This document shows positions 1 through 12,361 of a stretch of 64,000 nucleotides of DNA, piece after piece. A program made the position numbers and the translations under genes. The DNA comes from Paragordius varius. Lineage: Eukaryota > Animalia > Nematomorpha. Where the stretch lies: assembly GCA_964247055.1 (NCBI GenBank), contig OZ176053.1, positions 9,300,001 to 9,364,000 of the forward strand, read 5' to 3'. The notes beneath the pieces were generated by a model. The model did not search any database. It was not told where the DNA came from and saw only the letters and a list, made by a program, of their open reading frames with translations. How positions within the stretch are numbered: the first letter of the stretch is position 1; every line of letters begins with the position of its first letter.

Positions 1-2344
1 ACACCATCGTTCAACAATGATTCGCCGAATACTATAATATGTAAAACTTCATTGACATGAGCCTCCTCAAAAACAGCTAAGATAGCGACAGGATCTACTG
101 CGGATATTAAGCTTGCAAACAGGAGACAGTGCATAACTGGAATGTAAACTCCGGTGATTCCTATATAAAAATTGGAAATTAACAAAGTAAAACTTCATTT
201 TGTGTAATTACTAAATGTTCTTTGTGAGTTATTTGACAGCAGCAATATTTAAGTCAATAATTAAAGAGGTTGTTATAAATAATTTACGCCCTTTTAGTAT
301 AATTTAATATATTTGAACAAATTTTATTTATTATGTCTTCTCGACACATTTTTAAATAAATAAAATAATGTTTAAATATTAATGGACGCATAAGTTTTAC
401 GAAATATCACTTTAAAGCCAAATAAATTGGTTTGATATTTTTTCCTGTTTTAATTAGTATTAGCACTTTTTATAATAGGGCAAGACCCCATTTAATATGA
501 CCACCATATAAGAATAAATGGCTTTGAAGCCCTTTTTGCATAATTCCAACAAGCCCCATTAAGTCAATACTTAAGATTAGGTTTTGGGATTTTATTATTT
601 AAATTTTTTTTAATAATTAATATTAATACTTGAGAGAGATCGATTTTTTTAAAAAAGTGTAAAAACATTAATTTGGGCAAAATTTGAAAAACTGTCTTTT
701 TCTTCAAAAATTAGCTTTAAAGTAACACCTTTATGTTATGGCACATTTGGCATAAGGCCTTTCTATCGGCAAAAAAGCATACCAAAATTTTTGCCTATTG
801 AAATATTGATAAGCATTATCTATGGTGAGATAGATTTTCTGAAAAAATCGCGTTATTTATTTGATAGCATAAGTTACAAACCGTGGAACCCTATCTAGCC
901 GATAATTATAAAAAGCTGAACAAATCATTATATAGGGGTAATTTTTAAAACAATATTTAACATAGGGATGTATGAGTTTTTATTCAAAGCTAAATAATTT
1001 ATATATAGTGCCGTATTGGAGTCCTACACAGCGGTCTTTTCTAAAGCGCTGGACTAAGTTTTTGCTTTTTACGGGATCAACAGAGGGTCTTCCGTTGGGC
1101 TGTCTAAAATTACTTTAAAACATTTATTTAAGGTGGCGCATTGTACATAGCTGGAGCTTTTCTCACATTTTAAAGCCACTATTTACATAATCTAAATAAA
1201 ATTTCATTGAGATTATAAAAAATAGTTATATAGTCAGCGCATTCATAAATAATAACTACTTTCCACTTTGATATTTAAACAGGACTTAGAGTTTACAGAG
1301 AAAAACCATCATCTTATATTTCTCAACAGGTATAATAGCTTTTAGGCCAATTATGAGAGCGCATAAAAAATCATAAAAAATATTTTTATATCTTTATCAT
1401 AATACCGAGCAATGTTTCAAAGTTTGTATTTAACCAAAATTTCTCATAAATGATGTGCTATGTTACATTAAACATTTTTGTGACTTGAACTAAATTACAA
1501 ATATTAATTTTAGGTGACAATAAAATTTAATAGAATAATTTTTCCAATTTAAAATGATTATAATATACCCGCCTTCCCGATACCCCATAGAGCGATTCCA
1601 AGTGCCACAGTATTCCAAATGGTGCCGATAATTGCCAACAACAATATGGTCCCTATATTTTCAAAGAAAGGACGAAGTGGCATGAAATAGCCAGCATCCA
1701 ATACAATTGGTGGTAGCAAAACCAAGAAAAAAAGGCCCGTAGATAGCGTATATTTCAGACCTTGGATGTGTGAAAAAAATAATACAATGCCTGAAATAAC
1801 GCCCAAAAGCAATAACATGCAGGATTCGGGGATAAATTCCGATGGTTTGGGTGATAGGTAGAATCCTAATTAGTTGATAGACAAATGTATCGGTGAAATA
1901 TAAAAAAAATCATATAATTGGAATTTAATATATTGTTATTCAAAAGTAGATGTATAGTTTTATCAGCCATACGGCTATCAAATTCACTTTTGATTATTAA
2001 AAGGGCTAGAGTGAAATGATTACAGGTGGAATATAAATATACTTACCTAATCTTGCAACACTAGCTAAGAGCATCCATATTGTTAACATGAATGCATCTT
2101 TCACATGATGAAAATTGATTCCAGCGATTTGATATCTGAGTTCTCCCTTGGCCTTAGTCTGAACAACATGGTCATGACTTATTGCTTCAACATCGCTCCC
2201 GCCTGAACCTACTTGAGTCTCCGTGCTTGCCTGTGCACCATTCAGAATAATCGAATAGAAAGAGAATAACATAAAGATCCATATGTGAAATTTATGCTGG
2301 TGTTTCAGCTTTTTTATTGTTAATAAGGTCTGAGATATGGCCAT
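1..2344 (-). CDS. SLC9A: Na+/H+ exchanger paralogue A (plasma-membrane NHE type), exons 1-3; gene continues beyond left edge
   Basis: Exons 2047-2344, 1569-1865 (297 nt) and <1-160 with GT-AG boundaries and matching phases. They translate to [22 protein letters not shown] / [27 protein letters not shown] / [34 protein letters not shown], the canonical NHE motifs. Confidence 0.93.
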
Positions 2345-3634
2345 AATTTGTTTAAAGAATTATATTTATGGATAAATGCTATGCTTGATTTGTTAAAGTA
2401 AGATACCTCTTTTACAAAAAAAGCTAGCGTATTCAATAAGTAGCTCGGGTATCAATGAGATTCATAAAAAACTAAAAAGATTCACCTTTAAAAAACTACA
2501 ATATATATAAAAAAATCCATTCCAATTTTACTAATAAAAAATCAATGCATATGTAATGTTTTATTTAAATTTTGGTATAATTTATATTATACGATAGATT
2601 TTGGCTGTAATTACATATATTATCTTAAAACTCAACCTGCATTTATTGTGCATATGAAAAATAAAACAATTGATTTAACTTTAAATATACTATATTAAAC
2701 ATGAGAATCAATAAACAAATATTTTATATATATGTCAATAACTAAAGAACGCACCTAGAGCTATATTTTATTAATATAATATAAGCCATATCATTCTGAT
2801 GAAAATTTTCATATAAAATTAGCTTATTATTTTATAGTTAATGAAGTTATAGATTTTCAAGTATTTATTTAAATTTAAAATGTATACAGATAAAAATATA
2901 GTGGTTAAAGCCATTTTATTGTGATAACATAGTTTTAACTTATATATTATTAATGAGTGAACATAAAACTTAATTATGTCGAAATTTTTTGTCATAAAGT
3001 ATTTAAAGATAAATTTATTAACTTTAAAAAAAGTACGGAAGTAAATTTTAAAGGGTAGATTTTGCTAACTTAGAAATACATTTTATATTAGTGCATGTTC
3101 CATGTCACGCGTCTCTGTGATTTAGTTAAAAAGATATATTTTTACACAACAATACACGATAGGGCATAGGAAAATGTTAAATAAAATATCATTTACCATC
3201 CTATGGGTAGTTTTTTATTCGTTTATTTAATTTTATGCCATTGAAACACGGAGCTATGCAATTTTTATATGGGGGCGAGAAGGGTTTAATATAGAAATGA
3301 CTAATATTTTATGATTTCCAATAATTGGCAACACCATTTATATATATTCTGATTATTAAATATATTGCTTCAAAGCCGATGGTGGTCTAACAGAGTCAAA
3401 AGAAATGCCCAGCTAAAAGTTTTGCATTTCTGCGAAAAATACCAAAAACTAGTAAATACAATATATATATATACATACCATAATATCTCAAGTTTTATTA
3501 TTTTTTTAATATCCTAAATTTTCACTTTTTGCCTATTTTTGATTTTCTCTCAATATTTCAAAAACTAGGTCGTCAACAAAAATTTTGCGGCAAATGTCGC
3601 TGGTTGTAAGCTATCTCATAAAAATAATTTATAT

Positions 3635-3665
<31 letters not shown>

Positions 3666-3669
3666 ACTC

Positions 3670-6298
3670 ATTATTAATATGAAATATATCTTAATTCTGT
3701 AGACCACAAACTTGCCATTACCAATACCTTTTTTGATATTCCCCTCAGAAGAAGATATACGTGGGTTTCTCCAAAAAATACCCGCTCACAAATTGACTTT
3801 ATCCTCATCCAACAAAAATGGCTCAAATTCATTATTGGAGCTAAAACTTTCCCAGGAATCGTAATAGGCTCCGATCATCGACTTCTAGCTATTAAACTTA
3901 AATTTAAGTTAGGAACCAAATTACCGCACAATAAAACTAAAAACCGCTTCGACTTTTCCAATGTTACAAGTGAATTTATATTCAAACTGAATACTTCCCT
4001 AAGTAATATCAATACTAATAATCTGAACGTGAACAACCATTGGCATCAGACCTTGACTGCAATCAACGAACTAATACCCAAGCACTTCCCACTCCAACGA
4101 AAACATTCTAACAATCCGTGCCTCTCAAATGATTCTATTGTCTTAACCAATAAACGCAGATTGGCTAAAATAAACAACAACATTACTGATTACCGCACAT
4201 TAAATACTCAATTCAAGATACAATCCAAGATTGATATCAATTTACACTACCTAGCTATTTGCAAAGAATTAGAACTGGCTCACGCCAAAGGCCAGAACAT
4301 ATACTAAAAACTACATTTACTTGTCCCTCACAATTCCAAAAATCTGGGGAACATAAGTGTTAAAAGGGTTATCATCATACGCAAATTATCCTTCTCTTTT
4401 TTAGTGCATAATACACTTTGGTCCTTGTTACGTTAAAAATATATATTACCTTGGTTGTGAATGCAAATTATTTTATTTATACTTATTATCTTTAACAACG
4501 TTTAAACCACACAACTTTATCCTTGTGAATGCAATAACCAAATTTCCTAATGTATATAAGGAATCATTGTAACACACAGAAGACATTATATTATATTATT
4601 CGATTTTGATGTTATACTAAATAAATAAATATATCCTTTATAATTTATATTAACTATTTGTCAATAAGCAACATGGATAATGTAATATTAACAAATAAAA
4701 ATGAAATTATCAAACGCTGGGAAGAATTCGGTATTTCTCTTTATCATGTCGACTCCAGTCCAAATTCATCCATCGGTACATTCCTTAAAGCTTCTGAACT
4801 TAATCCCCTAATTTTACCTGATGAAGTTCAATACGCCTTAAAACAATTTTCATCCTCCAACTCCTTAGGTTACAATGATATTCCAATAAAAATTCTACAC
4901 ACGATCCCCCTCTACTTCTTAACTGATCTTTTACAAAAAGTTTTTCAAACCTGTATTTGGCCGGATGATTGGATCAAATCTTTTCTCCTACCCTTTTTTA
5001 AAAAGGGAAATCCCCATCTTTGTCAGAACTATAGAATGATCGCTATCACTAATAAACTATCCAAACTTCTTCTCAAGATTATACTCAAAAGAATCTCATC
5101 CTCGCTGGACTATAAAATATAGGTGCAGGCTGGCTTTAGAGCAAAGAGAAACACTACTAATCACATAGTTAATCTTAATACAATAATTAGAAGATACAAT
5201 GAATTTGGGAAAAGTCTATACTGCTGCTTTTTAGACTTCAGTATGGCATTCGATACAGTCAACCACGACTGCCTATGGAGAATATTACGATCCTTCCGGA
5301 GTTCCGCACATAATACTCTTGCTTCAATCGCTGTATTCTAGACAAACAGCTGCGATCAAAACCCAATTCGGTCCCACCGACTGGTTTCCTATTCTCAGAG
5401 GTGTGAGACAAGGATGTGTCCTTCCCCTCCTATTTAACATATACACAGAAACATTAATACGCAATTATAACTTTCCCCAACATATTGGGGCACGGATCGG
5501 TGGTCCTACTATTTGCAATCTCCGGTACGCCGACGACACCATTCTCTTGTCAGAATCCCACACGGACATGACCTATCTTTTAAATAATCTCACCATCGAA
5601 GCAAGTTTGGGTTTTAAGCTGAACCCAGCTAAATCTAAAATAATGATCCTAAACGCTCCACAACTACCATTTACAATCAATAACTCCCCCATCGAACTAA
5701 CCGATTACTGTAAATATTTAGGCTCCATAATTACATCCAACGGTAGCTCGGATCCCGACATACGAGCACGGCTAGCATTGGGACGTGCTACTATGGGTAA
5801 ACTGTCCAAAATTTGGAACTTGTCGGTCATAAGACTTCCAACCAAACTTGCCATCCTGAAGGCGATGATATACCCCGTGGCAATTTATGGGTCCGAATCA
5901 TGGATATGCAAATCCATTGACAAAGCCCGCATAAACTCTTTTCAAATGTGGTGCTTTCGAAAAATATTGAGAATCCCCTAGAAAGCCCACATCTCCAATT
6001 CTTACATCTGAACCTCATCAAACCCGAATTTTTACTTCACGATTTAATAACCTTTAAACAGCTAAAATATCTGGGTCATATCCTGCGATCCGACTCGTTA
6101 GAAAAAAGCATACTCTTTGGGTTGATAGAGGGCACCCGCAGAAGGGGCCGACCCAAAAAGCGGTGGATCGACATGCTTAAAGCAATAACAAACCGAACCT
6201 TTCTTCAATTGTTGAGAGAATCACAGAGTCAAAAATGGAGAACACTAATCTATGAGAAAGCCAAGAGTAGCTACATGACTAGCTTATAACAACAACAT
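3670..6298 (+). mobile_element. RTE-clade non-LTR retrotransposon, 5'-truncated and decayed (APE C-terminus plus RT)
   Basis: Endonuclease motifs TNTFF..YTWVSP..QIDFILI..GSDH (3720-3890). RT motifs QAGFR, LDFSMAFD, GVRQGC, LRYADD, YLGS. RTE-type end YLGHILR..GTRRRGRPKKRWID. Internal stop near 5120 and frameshifts near 5320 and 5990. Short CAA tail after the stop at 6289. Confidence 0.92.
4358..4663 (+). mobile_element. Solo LTR (306 bp) inserted in the RTE
   Basis: Begins TG and ends CA; flanked by 5-bp duplication ATAAG (4353-57 and 4664-68); AATAAA near 4620. Removing it restores the RTE frame (NLGNISNMDNVILTNKNEIIKRW). Confidence 0.85.
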
Positions 6299-6300
6299 TA

Positions 6301-6448
6301 TTCAAATTTAAACGAAATTTCATTTTTTAAAATATAAAAAAATATTAATAATTTTTAATCTTTAAAAACACTTAATTTGTTTTAGGGTGTTGAATTGTTC
6401 AAGAGGGAATTTGAATTGTTCAAGGGTGAATTTGAACTGTAAATGGTA
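6301..6448. mobile_element. Right half of MITE family 1 (terminus ...GAACTGTAAATGGTA)
   Basis: Matches the right half of the complete copy at 18361-18663, including ~20-bp subterminal repeats (gggtgaatttgaattgtt). Confidence 0.75.
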
Positions 6449-6469
6449 TATTTATATTTAATATATATA

Positions 6470-8719
6470 TATATATATTTATAAAAATGGAAAATGATGG
6501 ATTTGGGATCTGTTATCGGAAAACCGGCAGACCCCTTCAAATCCGATGTCGAAAAAAATATAATCATTAATGAATGCCCCACAAAAGCTTCGCTCTTTTT
6601 TTAATTAGGCCCCCAGTTCGGGGCCCCCGTGTAAAAAACGGGTTTTTAGAAAACAAGTCCACAATAATCGTGTCCTTGAGACAATTTTCCGGAAAACGTG
6701 TTGGAACATTCGATTTCAAATATACTTATTTTCGATTGCGCCGAACATAGTCGGCTCGCTTTTTTAATGGCCCTCTTTTTACCCGCTCCCCCCGTAAAAG
6801 GACATTTTTTTCAGAAAAATTAAGTCTACAAAAAAAATTTTTTGTATCTATTTTTTGCCCAAGGTATGATACCGTAAAAATTCAATGAGGATTCAGGTAT
6901 TCCCTGTTAAAAGGCAAAAATTTTAGTCGTGTGTTTTTTATATTGGCTTCTGGGTAAACAAATACCCGCTAAAAACTGCCCTGTCATGACAAAATAGCAC
7001 TTTGCGGCTAAATTTCAAAAAGCCTGTCAGGCCATATGAGTGCAGTAATTTAAAATACGTAACAAAGCAAAAATTTAGGTCATGCGGTTTTTTAAAATTA
7101 GATGTTAACCCCTTTACCCCCCGATGCGCTATCATTGAATTATTTAGTTTTGAAGCCATTCTTCCAAAAAATATTAAGAACATATGGAATGAATGATGAT
7201 TTCAGGTATTTCCCTTTAAAGGCAAAAATATTATCCAGCGTCTTTTTTATATTGGCCTCTGGGTAGGGGGTTACTGGCCTATAACTGTGCAACCATATCG
7301 ATACAGCGTTAGTTTGGAGACAATTCTAGAAAACTTATCAGGTCTATGAGTTCAATAGGGGCTTAAAGTATTACCCGTAAAAAGGCAAAAATTTAAGTAT
7401 ACTGTTTTATTAAATTATCCCTTAATTAGGCCCTTTCCCTGAAAAATGCGCCACAATGGAATGATTTTTTGGTTTTGAGGCGATTTTTTGAAAATTCCAC
7501 GAGAGCATATGGAATCAATCAGGATCCAGGTATTACCTAAATTAAGGCATAGTTTTAATCGAGCGTTTTTTTGTTTCACCCATGGTTGGGCTACCCTCGT
7601 AAAACTCCATCACCATATGGATGCGGCATGCCTTTGGAGCCGAATTTCAGAAAACCTATGAGACTATGTGAATTCAGTAAGGGCCTAATTTATTTCACCT
7701 TAAAAACCATTAGCATAGGGCATTATTTTAATGACCCGCTAAGCCAAGTTTTACGCCCTGAAAAAGGCGCCGCCATGGAAGAATTTTTTAGTTTTGAATA
7801 TTTCCAAGAAACATATGGAATCCATAATAATTCCAAATGTTCCCCATATAAAGGCAAAAAATTGCTCAACTACCTGCCCCTGGGTAAGGAGCTATTCACC
7901 TAACGCGCCACTATATAGAAATGTTATTTTGGAGCTAATTTACAGAAAATTTATGAAGCCATAATGAGATCATTAGCTTGAAATATTACCCGTAACTAGG
8001 TTAAAATTAAGGTTAGGCGTTTTTTTATTAGCAGTTAATTTGGGCCTTTATCCCCTAAAAAAACGCCATCATATAACGATTATTTAGGGTATTTTTTCGA
8101 ATAACCTATGAGACAATGGTATCAAAGATAATTCCAATTGCTCTATAAAATCAAAGAATCTAACTCAGCGCTTTTTCCATATAAGTCCATGAGTAGGGAT
8201 CTACCAGTTTAAAACTGAGTCATACAAAAATGGCGTGGTTATGGAGTTAATTTTCAAAAAATTAGGAAGCCATACGAGTTCAATAAAGGCTTTAACTAAT
8301 ACCCATAAAAAGTTAAAAATTTTTGTATAGCGGTTTTTTCAGTAAGCCGTCAATTTGAGGCCTTCACACCAGTAAACAATATATTAGCATGAATGCACAG
8401 TTTTGAAAATTCTATGAAATACCGTTTTGAATATCCTATGAGATCATAACTATTAAATAATCGAAATAATCCATATATATGGATCAAAATTTTGTTGATT
8501 CCTTTTTTCAAATAGCTTCGCAGGCTTCAATTCAATTGTTTGTAAGCCAGACAAAATCATACTAGTCTTTTTTATTATTTATATTTTTAAACTTGGTGTG
8601 TTTGGGGCCTTTATACCCTTACACCTGCTCAATAAGTTTTTGAGACAATTTTTCGCCAAAATTAGCTCATACGCGTATAAAGGCAATAAATTTGCCTCCC
8701 TCCCCTCCCCGGACGCTAG
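6470..8719 (+). mobile_element. Long non-autonomous Helitron-family copy carrying an internal repeat array
   Basis: 6481-6860 and 8370-8500 are homologous to the short Helitrons at 12815-13362 and 60990-61568. CTAG|T candidate ends at 8565 and 8719. The 5' TC is lost in a TA run. Confidence 0.75.
6862..8370. repeat. Degenerate tandem array, ~155-bp monomer with ~310-bp dimer periodicity
   Basis: Motif (t/c)aggtattccc..taaaaggcaaaaattt recurs near 6890, 7050, 7205, 7370, 7525, 7690, 7840, 7985, 8135 and 8300; alternate units resemble each other more than neighbours do. Confidence 0.7.
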
Positions 8720-9213
8720 TATAATAAATTTGCAACCATAAAAATTTTAATAGAAAAGAGTAAAAGGATTTTTCCCATTACTTATATAGCTCACGGTGGT
8801 CGGGCAATTGGTTCACCAATTGTACGAAAGGGTGTACCCCATATTTTCATTGTGAGTTCAGCAGCTGTCTGTTTTAACCAAATATAAATTTTAAATTATA
8901 AATCCAAACTTTTATATCATATTTTAGCAAAAACAACTTTCGTAATAGTTTTTACAAGTTAAATGTAAATAACCCAATAATAATATTGTAAAAAATGAAG
9001 AAGTAATAAAACGTTTACTTTATTATATAATTTAAAAAGACATTAAAAATTATAAGAAATTCATGCGTTTTAACTACTCGGTAAGTGAACTGGTTAAACG
9101 TAAGATCCATAAAAATCAATCTTATTAAAAATGTTTTATCATAACTTTTGTTTTAATTATTTCAAAAATTTTAAAGCAATTAAATAATTAAATTCTATTC
9201 GCATAAGTTTATA

Positions 9214-11411
9214 TAGGGTGACCAGACGTCCCCCTTTTAGCGGGACAGTCCCGATTTTTTACCATTAGTCCCGCGTCCGCTACTTTTTTTAAAAGTCCCG
9301 ACTTTTAAAATCCAGACAAATTTTATATTAACTCATTGTTTTGTGCCTTTTTGTGTTCGTACTGCTAACTGAACAGTCAAATCAAGTCAGTCACTTACGC
9401 TTACCATAGAAAATGATAATAAGTAATTTATTTATATTGATAAAATTTATTTTAAATTTTTAACAAAATGAATACGAAAAGAGGATGTAAACTTACCGAT
9501 GATTTAAGAAGTGTCTTTTATTAAAAAATCTAAAAAGGATTACATGGTTAAATATCAAACAGCAACGGCGAGTTAAGTATTTTGCACGGCTGAAAGAATG
9601 ATATATCAAGGCATTTGGAGACACAGAAAGATAAAAGATGTCTAAATACTGTTGCATCATCTTCTAAAATGCCAGATAATTTTCAAAAAACAACTTATAG
9701 GGATGGAGAAAATAATTTAGCATTAGCAGAAAGAACATCTTTTCACGCTGTTAATCATAGTCATTCCTTCAGATCTACGGAATCTACATCGCAAGTTATC
9801 AGAGCGCTATTTAATAAAAAATTTACCTGCGCTAGAAATAAGGCAGAGGCAATAGTATGTAATGTGCATTCCCCTTATGCATTTTTTAAATTAAAAAATG
9901 TTACAAAAAATTAATTTAATTCCATGTATTCTGACGCATCTAATCATAACGAAGTAAAATTATTTCCAACCATCATAAGATATTTCAATTCAACTACTGA
10001 TAAAATTAAAATTTAGATTTTATTTCTTTACCCGGTGAAAATATAAAATAATTTTTAGTTCTATTATTGATATTTTGGAAAAAAATAATTTATAACAAAA
10101 AATTATCGCATACTGTTCAGACAATTTGAATACTAATTTCGGAGGAAAAGCGAGAAGAGGCAAATAATATTAGCGAAAGATCTGAATAAAATATTATTGT
10201 TGTTGGGTGTGTAGCGCATATAATACATAACGCTATTCAAACAGCTGCTGACTGGTCAGCAGATGTGGAAAATATTGAGATAAAATACATTCTTACTTCT
10301 AAGACTGTTCATGGTGAAAATTTAAAGAATTAATACGGAAGTTTAATATTAGAAAATACTTGGATACTGTAAAACGCGTTGGTTAGCTCTTCTGCCAGCT
10401 ATCGAAAGAATATTGAACATGTATATGATCCCTTAAAATCCTACTTTCTTCGCAAGACAAATGTCTTTAAATTTTAGAAAAGTTTTTGAAAGTAAATCGT
10501 CAAAATATGGCTGGAGTTTCTACAAAATCAAGTTGCTCTTTTTCAAAACGTCATTAAGTGAAGGTTACAAATACAATCGAAATAGCAAATGAAGTCAATA
10601 ATTTAAAATACCAATGTCAAGAGAGGTTAAAAAATAATTTTCTGCCCTTTACTATTCGCAATAGTATCAAGGAGCTCGAAAAGCTAGGTGCTATAGATCA
10701 CTAGGATATCGTGAACCATATAAAAAGGTTTTATACCAACTGCAAAGATCATTTAAAAGACTGGACGGTACAATTAATGGTATTGATGATTTTTATTGGA
10801 TACATTAAAACCAGAATTTACTTGGTATGATGTTCAAAATCCTTTGATTATATTTCTCATAAATTTCCAATTAGTAATACTAATAATGATATTTTTTAAG
10901 TATTGTAGGTTAAAAAATATATTGATATGGAAAAGCTCAAATATTGGGCATCAAAAAAAATAACAGTAGAAAACAAATTGTAGGAAATATTTCATCATTT
11001 TGAAACAAACTACCTACAAAAATGTTTAAAAATTGTGGAATTCGCACTCTCATTAGCTGGAACTAACGCTGCGACTGAACGCGTTTTTTTTCCAGTATAT
11101 TAAGTGTGAAAAAAAAATCAAATAAATATTAAACCCTGATAGCCATTTTATGTATCAAATATAATATAATAGATTCTTGTGAAGATTTTTATAATATATT
11201 AAAACATAATTACGACTTGCTCAAACGAATTGGCTCAGATAAAAAATATATGAAGGAATGAAATATTATAATATTTTTATATTATAAATTGTATTATTTT
11301 AAAAATAAAAAATTTTACGATATTATTTTTTGTAGAAAATTTCGTAAATAACACCCACCACCCCCATACAGAGCTGTCCCGCTTTTTTCATTTAAAAATC
11401 TGGCCACCCTA
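9214..11411 (+). mobile_element. Decayed full-length hAT DNA transposon (2.2 kb)
   Basis: TIRs TAGGGTGACCAGA / TCTGGCCACCCTA. Transposase remnants LAERTSFHAVNHSHSFRS..FTCARNKAEAI (9615-9914) and dimerisation-domain LAGTNAATERVF (~11055). Many stops; TSD degraded. Confidence 0.88.
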
Positions 11412-12361
11412 ATTATACTATGTTTAAAGTAGATAAAACAATGAAAAAACTAAATAATATAATTTGTAATCATAGTTCGAGATTAGAATGAAATCTGTGG
11501 AATTAATTCCTTATTAAAAATAATCACCATTTCATACAACCATTTTTTTCAAAATGATTATTAATACGTAAAAGACAACTAAATTCAACTCAATTCCAAT
11601 AATATTTTGGTTAAAAATTTTAATTTTCTAAACGATGCTTAATTTACTAGCACTAAGTATTTAATTATCCTAGGTTGCCATTATGATTTTTCCCCGTTAA
11701 ATCTGCTATTAATTTAAGCTGTGATGATTAATCAATTTTTGCAATAAAAAATCTGAATTAAAAAAATTAGCGCATTATAAACAAAATGATTGTAATGTTA
11801 CATATCTATGTTATATGTTTGTGATTCGTTTACATAAGCTCCACAAGTTTTAGTTATAATCCTATAATATTTTGGCCTGTGCTAAGTAAACGTGAAAAAG
11901 TATAAAGACTTAAATTTCTAGCCAAATATTTTCAAAAAGAAAACAGTTGCTCCATAGAAGTTTATGAACACATCAATCAACCGTTTAAGATTTTCCGCAT
12001 ACCCAAATAGGAATTCGATGCCGCCATACATTATTATCACCTTTATAAATTATTTTATTTATTGTGTCTTCAAAAAACAAAAATGTGGGCTTTATTTTTT
12101 GGTATATGTAATACACTTATTTTTTGATTGGGTTACTTATATAATAACATTGCCCAGGGTTATTATATGCTATTTATCATTCATAATTATAAACTAATAA
12201 CAAACAGTTAGTTATCTTATTCAGCTTAATTGTTAAAGAAATTAAGTTTTATTTTTTATTTTTTTGGTTTTTTTATATTTACATACATAGTTTTTATATA
12301 AATATAGTTTTTAAAAATAACATAAATTTAACTACATTATTATCCATGAAATTAAATTTAA

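Noticed and set aside
6938-7903. ORFs 6938-7183, 7002-7196 and 7571-7903
   Set aside because: They fall inside the tandem array and show no recognisable motifs; chance ORFs.
11964-12197. Hydrophobic ORF upstream of NHE-B as a signal-peptide exon
   Set aside because: Its donors are phase 0 while the candidate acceptor at 12368 needs phase 1; no similarity to exon 1 of A or C.
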